NCBI RefSeq assembly: GCF_004010195.1
Contig: NC_057719.1
Coordinates: 30,413,477 to 30,477,476, forward strand
Reading direction: 5' to 3'
DNA from: Chiloscyllium plagiosum
Lineage: Eukaryota
Length of the DNA stretch: 64,000 bases
The notes under the pieces are model-generated. The model did not search any database. It worked only from the letters and a program-made list of their open reading frames with translations, and had not been told where the DNA came from. Position 1 is the stretch's first letter. Each line of letters opens with the position of its first letter. The translations under genes were made by a program, and so were the position numbers. This document shows positions 50,840 to 63,060 of the stretch, in pieces.

Positions 50840-51185
50840 ACATCCCTCATTGGCTGATGCACCTTCTATAACTGTAATCTCAAGCTGCAGAACCCTCCAA
50901 CATCTGGTTCCTTTAATCCTAGTCTCTTCAGCATTCCCCATTTTAAACGTTCTATTGGTGGTTGAACTCTCAGTTACCTCTACCTTGAGCTCTGAAATAC
51001 CCACCCCACACATCGCTATCTCTTGACTTCATTTCCTCCTTTAAAGCATTCCTTAAAGCCTACCTGCTTGACCAAGCTTTTGGTCATATAGTTAACATCT
51101 CATGACTTGGTATTATATTTAGTTTAATAATAGGCATGTGAAATGTCTTTGGGCTTTTGATTACATTAAAAGTGCTATATAAAAA
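50840..51185 (+). mobile_element. L2-type LINE 3' end, decayed
   Basis: tcctttaaagcattccttaaagcctacctgcttgaccaagcttttgg...tgtgaaatgtctttggg...acattaaaagtgctatataaa resembles a recalled L2 tail. Confidence 0.5.
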
Positions 51186-51355
51186 AGGTGCCACATGCAG
51201 TGAGAGAGTTTGGAACAGAGCCCGCAATAAGTCAGGATTGGGTAAAAACAGTACTTCCTATTTCTAATACCCAGAAGTTGTTTGCTTCAAAATAACATTT
51301 ACGCCCAAGTGTTAAGCATTTAAACTTTTGTGCAAAATATGCTAACAAAACTTAC

Positions 51356-51423
51356 AACTGGAAAAAGATCACACTTGTACAGGAAGTCTTGGGATTCATA
51401 CTGATCATAGTCTCCAAAATCGG
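51356..51423 (-). CDS. PTPN21: PTPN21 exon (~exon 5), 68 nt
   Basis: Encodes ADFGDYDQYESQDFLYKCDLFPV. Acceptor ttacag, donor gtaagt. Confidence 0.95.
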
Positions 51424-51612
51424 CTGTAAATACAAAACCAGAGAAATATCAGAGTATACAGTTAATCAAAGAAACTCTGGACAGTATTTTGATAAGCAAG
51501 AATTTGACAACTATTTCATAAATCAGTAAAAAAAAAATAGAACCAGCAATATCAGTAAAATTTTGGGTTACATTTTACTCAGTAGTAATACAGGCAAAAA
51601 TAACTGCTATTA

Positions 51613-52911
51613 AAATGAAGTGATGAAAGCATGTGAATCTGGCATTGGTATTGAAAAAAATGTTTGTACTGACACCTGAATTGATACTCTACATCGATAC
51701 CTACCTAATTAAACAATCTCACAAATAAGCAGCTAATCAAGGATGATTTTTAAATCTTCATAGACTGGAGGGAGCAGGATTGAAGACAGAAGTGGAGAGG
51801 ATGGTACAAGACAGCAAGAAGAAAAAAAGTCTAAACAATAAGATAACACTTTCCAGAACATGCATTTTCATTAGAAACAACAAGATTGAGCACGATACTT
51901 GTCCAATTGGTAGTTTATTGAGAGGGAAATGTTTGAACTGGTGAGAGATAAATATCTTGCTGGTTTTCAGCTCAACAAGTACTGAAACAAAGAAGTCCAG
52001 AAATTGATTTCAAAATGCACTACTATATGCAAGTTTTAAAAATCATCACAATATTCATGGTATAGAAGAATGACAACACCTAATTAAAAATTAGTTTAAT
52101 AGCCATTTGATAGTACATAATAGCTACAGTCACTCTCTGGTCGGGGCACTGTGCTGAGAAATTAATAAATCAATCTGCTTGTGTTGAAATTTAAACAAAG
52201 CCAGACTGTTAAGTCAATTATCTCTTAACTGATGCTCGTTGCATGGCAATACTGCTACCAGTCAGTCCACTTGTGAACTAATTAGCACTCTTCTCCTGTA
52301 CAGTTTTTTTTTCCCCCTTGACCTGGCAATGTTGCAAAATGTCCTAAGTGCAAAATGAAAAGATTCGACAAAAGTCTTTCTTCAGCAATACTCTATTATG
52401 TACTATCAAATGGTTATTAAACTAATTTTTAATTAGGTGTTGTCATTCTTCTATACCATGAATATTGTGATGATTTTTAAAACCTGCATATAGTAGTGCA
52501 TTTTGAAATCAATTTCTGGACTTCTTTGTTTCAGTACTTGTTAAGCTGAAAACCAGCAAGATATTTATCTCTCACCAATTCAAACATTTCCCTTTCAATA
52601 AACTACCAATTGGACAAGTATCGTGCTCAATCTTGTTGTTTCTAATGAAAATGCATGTTCTAGAAAGTGTTACCTTATTGTTTAGACTTTTTTTCTTCTT
52701 GCTGTCTTGTACCACCCTCTCCACCTCTGTCTTCACTCCTGCTCCCTCCAGTCTATGAAGATTTAAAAATCATCCTTGATTAGCTGCTTATTTGGGAGAT
52801 TGTTTAATTAGGTAGGTGTCGATGTAGAGTAGAGTATCAATTCTGGTGTCAGTACAAACATTTTTTTTCCCAATACTAATGCCAGATTCACATGCTTTCA
52901 TCACTTTATTT
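51613..52911. repeat. Long inverted repeat: arms 51613-52123 and 52393-52911, 269-bp spacer
   Basis: Manual alignment of the left arm against the reverse complement of the right arm gives ~15 substitutions and 2 small indels over ~510 bp. Confidence 0.97.
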
Positions 52912-53381
52912 CAGGTATAATAAAAAGTAAATGTTATTTGTACCTGCAAAGACCTAGGCCCAATAAATAGTTTCCCGTTCACACAACTGCATCACACTAA
53001 GACCAAAAACAAAAGACCCTAAATTGGTTGTCACGCAATTCTTCATACACTCAAGATTATCCATCAAGTCCTTAAACATGAAAAGCGCTCACAATACCTC
53101 AGATAAGATACCTCAAAAGTCTGAGCAACAGGCAAACTGTTTCACACTGCCGCCATATAGAAGTAACACAAGTGATATTTGCCACTAATAGGATGCTGCC
53201 ATCAAATGAAAAAGACATTCTGCATATTACACTAATGCATAACATGGTGTAAGGATTTTAATACTGGTCTGTTGCCAGACATACAAGGCTGTATATGTCC
53301 CAAAGACTGGCAGATCATATCATTGTACACTTCATTTGCTCACAATAAACAAAGTTCTCACCACATACAATCAGTCCACAC

Positions 53382-54008
53382 TTGCAGGTAGATAGAATAG
53401 TGAAGAAAGAGTTTGGTATGCTTTCCTTTATTGGTCAGAGTATTGAGTACAGGAGTTGGGAGGTCATGTTGCAGCTGTACAGGACATTGGATAGGCCACT
53501 GTTGGAATATTGCATGCAATTCTGGTCTCCTTCCTATTGGAAAGTTGTGAAACTTGAAAGGGTTCAGAAAAGATTTACAAGGATGTTGCCAGGGTTGGAG
53601 GATTTGAGCTATAGGGAGAGGCTGAATAGGCTGAAGCTGTATTCCCTGGAGCGTTGGAGGCTGAGGGGTGACTTTAGAGGTTTATAAAATCATGAAGGGC
53701 ATGGGTAGGATAAATAGACAAAGTCTTTTCTCTGGGTGGGGAGTCCAGAACTAGGGGGCATAGGTTTAGGGTGAGAGGGGAAAGATATAAAAGAGACCAA
53801 AGGGGCAGAGGGTAGTAAGGGTATGGAATGAGCTGCCAGAGGAAGTGGTGGAGGTTGGTACAATTGCAACATTCAAAAGGCATCTGGATGGGTACATGAA
53901 TAGGAAGGGCTTGGAGGGATATGGGCCAGGTGCTGGCAGGTAGAAATAGATTGGGTTGGGATATTTGATCGGCATGGACAAGTTGGACCGTTTCCGTGCT
54001 ATACATCT
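53382..54008 (+). mobile_element. Young CR1 LINE 3' fragment
   Basis: ORF 53382..53687 (LQLYRTLDRPLLEYCMQFWSP...KLERVQKRFTRMLPGL). Confidence 0.92.
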
Positions 54009-54339
54009 AAAGCGTCCAACATTAGATGGAGTTCTGCAACATAAATTGTTGGAAACAGCTAGTTTCACTTGTTGCTCAAACTTTTGACCTTGCTCTTACC
54101 AAATGTGTCTGTTCATAACGGTATCAGAGGAGTGGTCATTGCACTGTAAATGTGGAGGAGATGAGGCCCCATCTTATGTAACATACACTCTTGAGACACT
54201 GACATCATACCAAATGGGACAGATTTTTAACACATCTAGCAACTCAAAACTGATTTTCATGTGGTATAACTGGTGATCAGCAATAGAACAGTAGTAAACC
54301 ACGTAATTTCCCACTCTACCATCAAGGAAAGAGATCAAG

Positions 54340-56160
54340 CGTAGTTCAGCGAAGAATGCAGAATGGCATGCCAGCAGCAGCACTAGATGTTCCCAAAACA
54401 AGCGTCAACTTGATGAAGCTAAAACAAACGACTTGTATGCTAAACAGCAGGAACAGACTAAGCAATCCCAAAAATCACCAGATCAGATCTAAACTCTGCA
54501 CCCTTGCATGGTGATGAATAATTAAAGAGGTGGTTCCACAAACATTCCCAGCCTGAATGATGGGAGGAGCCAGCATAACAGTGCAAAAGACAAGGCAGAA
54601 GCACTTGCATCCACCTTTGGCCAGAAGTGTTGAACGGATGATCCATCTGAGGTCCCATGAGATGCCAGCCTTCAGTCAATTCAATTCACTCCACATGAAG
54701 ATTAAGAAACTGATGAAAGATCTGTAAAGGCTATGAGCCTAAACAACTTTCCAGCTATAGTAGAGAAGATTTGTAGTCCAGAATTGACCATATCCCTAGC
54801 CAAGTTTTCTTTTACACCACAAAACTACAATTTACCTGACAATGTAGAAAAAGGCTCAGTTGTCTCATGTGAATAAAAAGTAGGACAATTACCAACCTAG
54901 CAGTCTACTCTCAATCACTAGCAAAGAGGTGGAAAGGGTCATCAACAGTGCTAATTAGCAGTACTTAAGAAAGGAATAATATGCCATGGATGCTCAGTTT
55001 AGGTCATCAGGGCCATTTAGCTCCTGACATTACAGCTGCTATCCAAACCTAGACAACAGAAACTGCATGCAAGAGGTGAGGTGAGAATGACTATCCTTAA
55101 CATCAAGGTAACATTTGACCAAGCATGGCATCAAGGAATCCCAGAAAAAATAGGCATCAGTTAGTGTGAAAGTTCTCCTCTGGTTGAAGTCATATCAAGT
55201 GCAGAGGAAGATGGGTTGTAATTGTTTGAAGTCAAACCACCTCAGCTCCAGGATCTATGGGAGCTCCTCAGCTCAATCATCTTTGTTGTTTCATCGATAA
55301 TCCTCTTTCCATTACAGAAGGTCAGAAGTGGGGCATTTGCTCAGGTACAAATGTTTAACACTATTCACAACTCTTCAGATACTGAAACAGTCCATGCCCA
55401 TATGCAACAAGACCTGAGCAACATCAAGACTGAAACCAAATATGCAGTAACTGACCATCATGCCACTGAAGTGCTAAGCAATGACCAATTTTACAAGAGA
55501 ATTAATCATTTTCCCTTAATACTCCAGGGCATTACCATCAACTCACTCACTATCAACATGCTGGGAGTTACCATTGACCATTGAGCTGGGCCACCCACAT
55601 AAATACTGTTTACACAGCACACTTGCTTGAAATTTTGCAGCAAGTAATTCACCACTGTTTTCCCCAGTGACTGCCCACCATCTACAAAGCACAAGTCAAG
55701 AGTATACTGGAATTTTCTCAACTTGGTTGGATGAGGACAGCTTCAGCAACACAAGTTGAAGACTAATCAGAGCAAAGCATCCCACTTGATTCACAACTCA
55801 TCCACTTCCTTCACTGATGCACAGATACAACTGAAAGATCTACAAAATGCAGTATAGCAATTCACCGAAACATCTTCCAAGTCTGTGACCGCGACCACCT
55901 AAAATATGAGAAGGGCAGCAGATAAATAGGAACATGACCACATGAAGATCTCCTTCAAGCCACACACCATCCCAAACTGGAATTGTCATCACGTCAAACT
56001 CCTGGAACTCCCTTCCTAAAAAGGGATTGTGTATACACGATCATACCTACCTAGGATGGCAGTGATTCAAGACAATGACTCACCACCACTTTCTCCAAAG
56101 GTAATGAGGGATGAGTAGTAAATGCTGGCCTAGCTAGAGATGCCCAGATTCCATGACAAA
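54340..56160 (+). mobile_element. Decayed CR1-clade LINE (same lineage as 20920-22220)
   Basis: ORF 55222..55584 (FNTIHNSSDTETVHAHMQQDLSNI...TINMLGVTID). Shares the 3' tail. Confidence 0.7.
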
Positions 56161-56819
56161 TGAAAATACTGTATCATTTCACACTTCTCAGAAATAAATT
56201 ATACCTGTGACATCTATCCATTCCATAGCCTACTTGTGTGTTCAAAGTTCCTCACAAGTCACAGTACATCCAAGTTTTGAGTTATCTGTAAATTCTAAAA
56301 TTATGCTGCGAACATCCAAATTTGACCAAATTGCACAATTGTTTAGATAGCATGCATGTGGTTCAGTAAAAATCCAAATGACGTAGGTTTGTTTCCCATT
56401 CCATTCAGCAAGACTTGGGATCTCCTCGCCCTATCTGATCGTGCACGGCAATGGTAAACCACTGTTAACAATAAAACCACTAATAAAAAAAGGCACAGGA
56501 TGAAGCAGAGACAATGAGTCAAAGACCTGCCTTGTGGCAGAACAGACACACATAATGAACACCCAAATCCAGATTAATATAGATCAAGAAAACCAGCAAC
56601 ACTAGTGCTGAACCTGGAGAATCACTCCTTCAGTCTGGAAAACCGTTCACAACTACTGTGGTTGCTGCCTTTCAGCCAACTTCAAGTCAATGTCAGTTCG
56701 ATATTTTATCCCATGGACTTCAATGCTGCTGACAGGCTTATTATGTTTGCCGTCTGGAAGTCCATTTACATCATGTCAACTATGTTATCAACATCCACCC
56801 TACTGGCGTTTCAATATCA

Positions 56820-58015
56820 GTAAGGTGTCGACAAAGTTTCCCATGGGAGACTGGTTAGCAAGGTTAGATCTCATGGAATACAGGGAGAACTAGCCATTTG
56901 GATACAGAACGGGCTCAAAAGGTAGATGACAGAGGGTGGTTGTGAGATTGGAGGCCTGTGACCAGTCGAGTGCCACAAGGATCGGTGCTGGGTTTACTAC
57001 TTTTCGTCATTTATATAAATGATTTGGATGTGAGCTTAAAAGGTATAGTTAGTAAGTTTGCAGATGACACCAAAATTGGAGGTGTAGTTAACAGCAAAGA
57101 AGGTTACCTCAGATTACAAAGGGATCTTGATCAGATGAGCCAATGAGCTGAGGAGTGGCAGATAGAGTTTAATTTAGATAAATGCGAGGTGCTGCATTTT
57201 GGGAAAGCAAATCTTAGCAGGACTTATACACTTAATGGTAAGGACCTCAGGAGTATTGCTGAACAAAGAAACCTTGGAGTGCAGGTTCATTGCTCCTTGA
57301 AAGAGTTGTAGGTAGATAGAATAGTGAAGGTGGTGTCTGGTATGCTTTCCTTTATTATTCAAAGTATTGAGTACAGGAGTTGGGAGGTCATGTTGCGACT
57401 GTACAGGACATTGGTTAGGCCATTTTTGGAATATTGCTTGCAACTCTGGTCTCCTTCCTATCAGAAAGATGTTGTGAAACTTGAAAGGGTTCAGAAAAGG
57501 TTTACAAGGATGTTGCCAGGGTTGGAGGATTTGAGCTATAGGGAGAGGTCGAATAGGCTAGGGTTGTTTTCCCTGGAGCGTGGGAGGCGGAGGGGTGACA
57601 TTATAGAGGTTTATAAAATCGTGAGGGGCATGGATAGGGTAAATAGACAAGGTCTTTTCTATATGGTGGGAGAGTCCAGAACTAGAGGGCATAGGTTTAG
57701 GGTGAGAGGGGAAAGATATAAAATAGAGGGCATAGGTTTAGGGTGAGAGGGGAAAGATATAAAAGTGACCGAAGGGGCAACCTTTTCATGCAGAAGGTGG
57801 TGCGTGTGTGGAATAGGCTGCCAGAGGAAGTGGTGGAGGCTGGTACAATTGCAACATTTAAAAGGCATCTGGATGGGTATATGAATAGGAAGGGTTTGGA
57901 GGGATCTGGATCTGGGCTGGGTGCTGGCAAGTGGGACGAGACGGAGTTGGGACATCTGGTCGGCATGGCCGAGTTGGACTGAAGGGTCTATTTCCATGCT
58001 GTACATCCCTATGAT
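56820..58015 (+). mobile_element. Young CR1 (HER1-type) LINE, RT to 3' end, with 41-bp tandem duplication (57683-57764)
   Basis: VPQGSVLGLLLFVIYINDLD...KFADDTKIGG. ORF 57324..57746. Confidence 0.94.
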
Positions 58016-58447
58016 TTGATTACGAAAAGTTCAACCAAGATAAAGACAAATTGCCTTTAACAAATCTTTGTGCCACATTCCTTGATTAGTTCACACTTAT
58101 CAAATTGATTAGTAAATTTGCCCTTTTTTAAAAAGCTTTCCCATCATACACAGTAAAATTACTTAACTATGGTTTCTGAGCTAATTCTTAAGATAGGTTT
58201 CTGAATTAAGGTGTAACTTTTGTAATTTCCCAGTTCTCAAACACAACCCCCATATCAAAAGGAGAACTGGAAGATTATAGCCAGAAGCTCTGCAATTTCC
58301 ACCTCATTAGTCCATGGTCTCTTAGTAAGGAAGACAAGATCAATTGGAAAATCAGAACAGACATGTAACTTTCATAATTGTCCTAAAATACTGTATTAAG
58401 GTGATACATCATTTAGACTTTGGAATCAATTGTATATCATTCCTTAC

Positions 58448-58545
58448 CCTGTGCAGCTAGACCTGCAAGCTGAATTCCTTGGTCTAGTGTGCAAGGTATG
58501 CGGCCTTCCAAAATATCCTTCCTCAATTGTAAATAATACTGGAAT
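58448..58545 (-). CDS. PTPN21: PTPN21 exon (~exon 4), FERM F2, 98 nt
   Basis: Encodes [32 protein letters not shown] (in ORF 58437..58640). Acceptor ctgcag, donor gtaagg. Confidence 0.96.
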
Positions 58546-59124
58546 CTGCAGAAACAAGGAGCAATGCTTGAAGCAATTAAGCATATAAACAAGTTTCTTT
58601 CCCAACAATGCATGTAGTTACTATACAAAGAATGATACAAATGTTAGTCAAGCTTTTTCTCTACTTCACCAAGAGTATTCTGGACCATACTTTAACCCTC
58701 ATCACAGTCCCAGATGAGATCAGTCAATTTATATACGTAAACTTAAATTAGGATTTGGCCCACAAACTCTTACGTGGTTCCAATCAACATTAGAAAATAG
58801 GCTGGATATCTCAGGATAACTTAAATGTTTGTAGAAGTTTATTTCATTTAATTTCACGTGCACCAGTAAACTAACTAGACATTCCATTACACAGATTCAG
58901 GATGAAGGGATTTTTGATAGTTAGTTTAATATCAATGTTTAACAAGCTATATCCAAAGAAACGACTCCATTTTTAATTTTGGGCTTGCAAATGTTATGCA
59001 CTATATTGAATAGCCTATTAAATCAAGGCTAGAGGTCATGATTAATCGTTCAAGTGCTAACTTGAAGACAATATTGAGAGGTTTCTTCTAATGACATCTA
59101 CCATTGAGTTTTGACATTTCATAC

Positions 59125-59294
59125 CTTGTAAGTTCCTGCTGAAGTTGTGAAATACTTGGTACGTAGAATACCACACCAAAATAAACAGTAGGTTCAATGG
59201 CATATTTATCTAACTGCTTTTTCATGGGCTTTTCCAGATCCACCCATCGAGATTGATTCTGCTTATTGTAATACCACAGACTGAAGTAAGTGAC
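59125..59294 (-). CDS. PTPN21: PTPN21 exon (~human exon 3), FERM F1 lobe, 170 nt
   Basis: Encodes [57 protein letters not shown]. Acceptor ctgcag, donor gtatga. Confidence 0.96.
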
Positions 59295-59749
59295 CTGCAG
59301 AAGAGAAAAAAAAAACTCATAAATCCTAATCCATCAGACATCAAAAGTATGAACTCGCCATTCTTCTCCTGTCTCCCCTTAATTTTGCTAACACTATGCC
59401 AAGTGGAAACATTTTACACTTGCAAAAGGATTCTAAGCAGAATAGATTGTTTCAGCGAGCAAATATAATTCAGTGCGACTAAGAGTATAATACTCTTGGT
59501 GCCAAGAGTTTTTATATGCTGACAGTTCCTCAGGATCATGTCCTTTGTCTGTTCACTTCAGCTGTTTCAAAGATCCTCCTTCTATCGAAAGGTCAGAAAT
59601 GGAGAGACTTGCTGATAATTGCACAATGCTCGGTTCCTCAGATATTGAAGTAGTCGGTGTCCAAATGCAGCAAGGTCTCGACAACATCCAGGCTTAGGCT
59701 GCTATGTGGTAAGTAATAGCATGCCACACAATTCCAAGGCAAAAGCAAA

Positions 59750-60070
59750 TTATTCTTTCACAAGATGTGGAATCACTGGCCAGGACTCACTTATTGCTCA
59801 TTCCTAATTGCCCACAGAGCATTTAAGAGTCAAACATATTGGTGTGTGCCTGGAGTCACACATAGGCCAAACGGAGTATGAACAGCAGTTTTCTACCCCA
59901 AACAACATTAGTGAGCCAGATGGACTTTTCCTGACAACAGCAATTGTCATTGTTAGACACAATTCCAGATTTTTACTGAATTCAAATTCTATCATCTGCT
60001 ATCAGGATTCGAACTTAGGTTTCTGGATTAAGAGCTTACAGGTAATATCTCTAGGCCATTGCTTCCCCTA
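59750..60070 (-). mobile_element. Deu-domain SINE
   Basis: Matches 26965-27262 (ctggagtcacacataggcca...acattagtgagccagatgg). Confidence 0.65.
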
Positions 60071-61687
60071 AATAGTTGTTAATGATGCTTGTTGTGAGTG
60101 TCAAAACTTACTTTTTCACAACTTGCAGACATCTGTTTCAAGCATTGGCCTCAAAACAGCTCTCACTTCAGTTCAGAATTTTAAAATAACAAAATACATT
60201 CATACCTTCATATCAGCAGTATGTGAAAGGGGTCAACAATGAGATAGCCAGGATCGAGAAGCTTGGAGGAGGTACTCAGCCTGGAATAAGATCGCACTCA
60301 GGTTGTCAAGGATCAGGCCTGTAGGAGGCATATAAAAAGGCTGGCATGGTGAGGGACCTGTAATTTGCTAGGTCCAAACTACATGAATGAGTTTGCAAGT
60401 CCAGTCTGGACCATATTTCCCTCTTCTTCTACTTGCTAGAAAAATGGCATGGGTTCCATAAGCAGCTCATTACATAGCTGACATCGAAAGATGCCTCAGG
60501 CCCTGAGAATACCAACGTTCACATCTGAACCTATTACACTACTTTGTTCCCCCCACATCCAATGAGGATATGTGCACAGTTCTGTGGGAGAACCTGATGC
60601 AGATTGATTCAGGGAGTACCAAAACATCTAAATGTGTCTGTCTACATGAGCTCACCAGTGCCCTCCAAAGGCAAATCCCCAGGAATGGACAAGCTGACTG
60701 TGTAGTTGCACAATGCATACTGGGACTTTATGGAAAACAACTCATGTGCCAGTCATGGGGGCGAGGGGCATAGGGCTGTTCTAACTCTACTGACAAAGAA
60801 GGGTGACCAACACCTTAAAAATTGGTACCAAGTCTCCCCACTCAGAAATGAATACAAAAAGTTTGCTAGGGCAATGCCTTTCTGTCTTGGCACCATTCTG
60901 GATAACAGGTCGCACCCTCATCAATCCTACATCATCTCAGGTTATATCATATATGATAACGTCCATATGGTCTAGAACTTGGTCCATCTTTACCAGAGGA
61001 ATGATTTGTCAGCCACCTTCTTGTTGCTTGACCAGAAGGCATCCGAGATGGTGGGGGATTATGATTGCTCATTTGAGATCCTGCGTGAATTTGGGTTGGG
61101 GAATGCTTGGTTGTTCAGGTCTGACATCTGTATCACATACAATATGTCTAACTTCGGTTAACCGGTCCTTGAAGATGACCCTTGGCTTCAGGAGAGGAAT
61201 GTTTTTGGGCTGTTCCTCGTCTAGCCATGTACACCCAATTTGCATAGAGTAATTCTTTTGTCTCTTGCAGAAGTGGTGGTCAGGTTTTGCATTGTGCAGG
61301 CTGAACTTGGATATTCCTTGCAGCTTACACTGGTGACTTGTTCCTCATACTTACAGATCCAGCTAACTGGAGGATGCAAGATTTCCAAAGCATTGTACTC
61401 TGCAGTTTTCCATACATAGAAATACTAGGAAACATGCTTCAAATTCTTAGCTGGTCAGTGATGGATATGTTCCCTGCCTGAGTAGATCAGGCCCTTCACC
61501 TTGAGCACAAATTATCTGCTCTGCCTGGGAATCTAGCATTGCTCTGCCTTTACATCCAAGCTGCGATCTTGTCTTCAGACCCTGCAGTGACATCTTTATG
61601 TTAAACCCGCTGCTGGATGGGGAGCTCTGGGGACACATTTCTTCCACGAAATGTGTGGCCTCAATTATGACATGCAGCTTCCATTCA

Positions 61688-61970
61688 TAGATTAGATTAC
61701 TTACACTGTGGAAACAGACCCTTCGGCCCAACAAGTCCACACCGCCCCGCCGAAGCACAACCCACCCATACCCCTACATATACCCCTTACCTAACACTAC
61801 GGGCAATTTAGCATGGCCAATTCACCTGATCTGCACATCTTTGGACTGTGGGAGGAAACCGGAGCACCCGGACGAAACCCACGCAGACACGGGGAAAACG
61901 TGCAAACTCCACACAGTCAGTCGCCTGAGGCGGGAATTGAACCCGGGTCTCTGGCGCTGTGAGGCTGTGC
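61688..61970 (-). mobile_element. Young HE1-type SINE
   Basis: CpG-rich reverse complement of 12097-12408, with B box GGTTCAATTCC and a (tcta)n tail. Confidence 0.9.
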
Positions 61971-62599
61971 CGCTCACGGTTGATCCAATCTTTCTAACTC
62001 TTTACAGGGGTTGCCACCTTTGACCAGAATCTGATCTAGGTTTGGGATATGGTTACCTAACATCTGGGCTCACACCCATCAGGAGTGAAGGTTGTCATTA
62101 AGGAGTCACTGCTCATGAATCCAGCCCTTCCTAACACAGCTTTAGGTAGCTACTGTGGTAACCAGACTCTGGCACCACAGAGAGTTGTCAGTCAGATGCC
62201 AGTTAATGTCCAGCATACAGCCAAAGCCAGAGTCTGAAAACAGTTGCGCTTGGTCCCAAGTGCACTCATGGTTTCAAGTAGACTCAACTGTGTAGTAGAC
62301 CTCTGTTTGAACTGATCCATTTCAACAGAATTTCACATTAGCCCCATGCACCAAAACTATCCTCAAACTTGGGCCAACATGAGCAAATTCTCTTCATGTC
62401 TTTCCAGTTAGTGTGAAGGGATTTCTTGTATGGACTGCTGTTGTGCACCCTTCATTTCCTCAATTTTGTTTGGCATCTCAGCACATGGTATTCCATCTGG
62501 CAGTGGTGGAAGACCCTCAGTATTGGGTTCTCTCTTGTAGGACTCCTTCTCCATCTATTAGGGATCAGAGACCTGGTGTGAAATATGTCACTGTGTTTT

Positions 62600-63060
62600 G
62601 TCATTTAAATAAATTATCTGGACTTGAATATAGGAGGAACGGTTAGTAACTTTGCGGATGACACCAAAATTGATGATGCAGTGGACTCAGATTATCTCTT
62701 GATTATCACAGAAATTTGATTAGATGAGCCAATGGGCCAGAGGAGTGGCAGATTAATTTAGATAAACGTGAGGTGCTACATTTTGGTAAGGCAAACTAGG
62801 GCAAGACTTATACACTTAATGGTATGGTTCTGGGGAGTGTTGCCGAACAAAGACTTTGGGTGCAGTTTGAAAGTACTTTGAAAGTAGACAGTACAGTGAA
62901 GTCTGCATTTGGTACATTCCCTTTATTGGTCAGTGCAACCTTTATTGGTTTAGAGGGATATGAGCCAAATGAAGACAAATAGGACTAGATTTATTTAGGA
63001 TATCTGGTCGGCATGGACGAGTTGGATCGAAGTGTCTGTTTCTATGCTGTACATCTCTAC
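62600..63060 (+). mobile_element. CR1 fragment with internal deletion
   Basis: tttgcggatgacaccaaaatt (FADDTKI), followed by the 3' end gctgtacatctcta. Confidence 0.85.

Larger units (their letters stand above)
1973..59294 (-). other. PTPN21: PTPN21 (tyrosine-protein phosphatase non-receptor type 21 / PTPD1), span of the 14 coding exons found; the gene is truncated by both window ends
   Basis: 14 exons with canonical GT-AG borders splice into one open frame of 931 codons. The peptides match recalled PTPN21 sequence ([41 protein letters not shown]) better than the paralog PTPN14. Confidence 0.95.

Noticed and set aside
56343..56549. 68-aa minus-strand ORF with a hydrophobic, TM-like stretch
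   Set aside because: No recognisable homology or splice context; hydrophobic runs arise easily from T-rich intron sequence.
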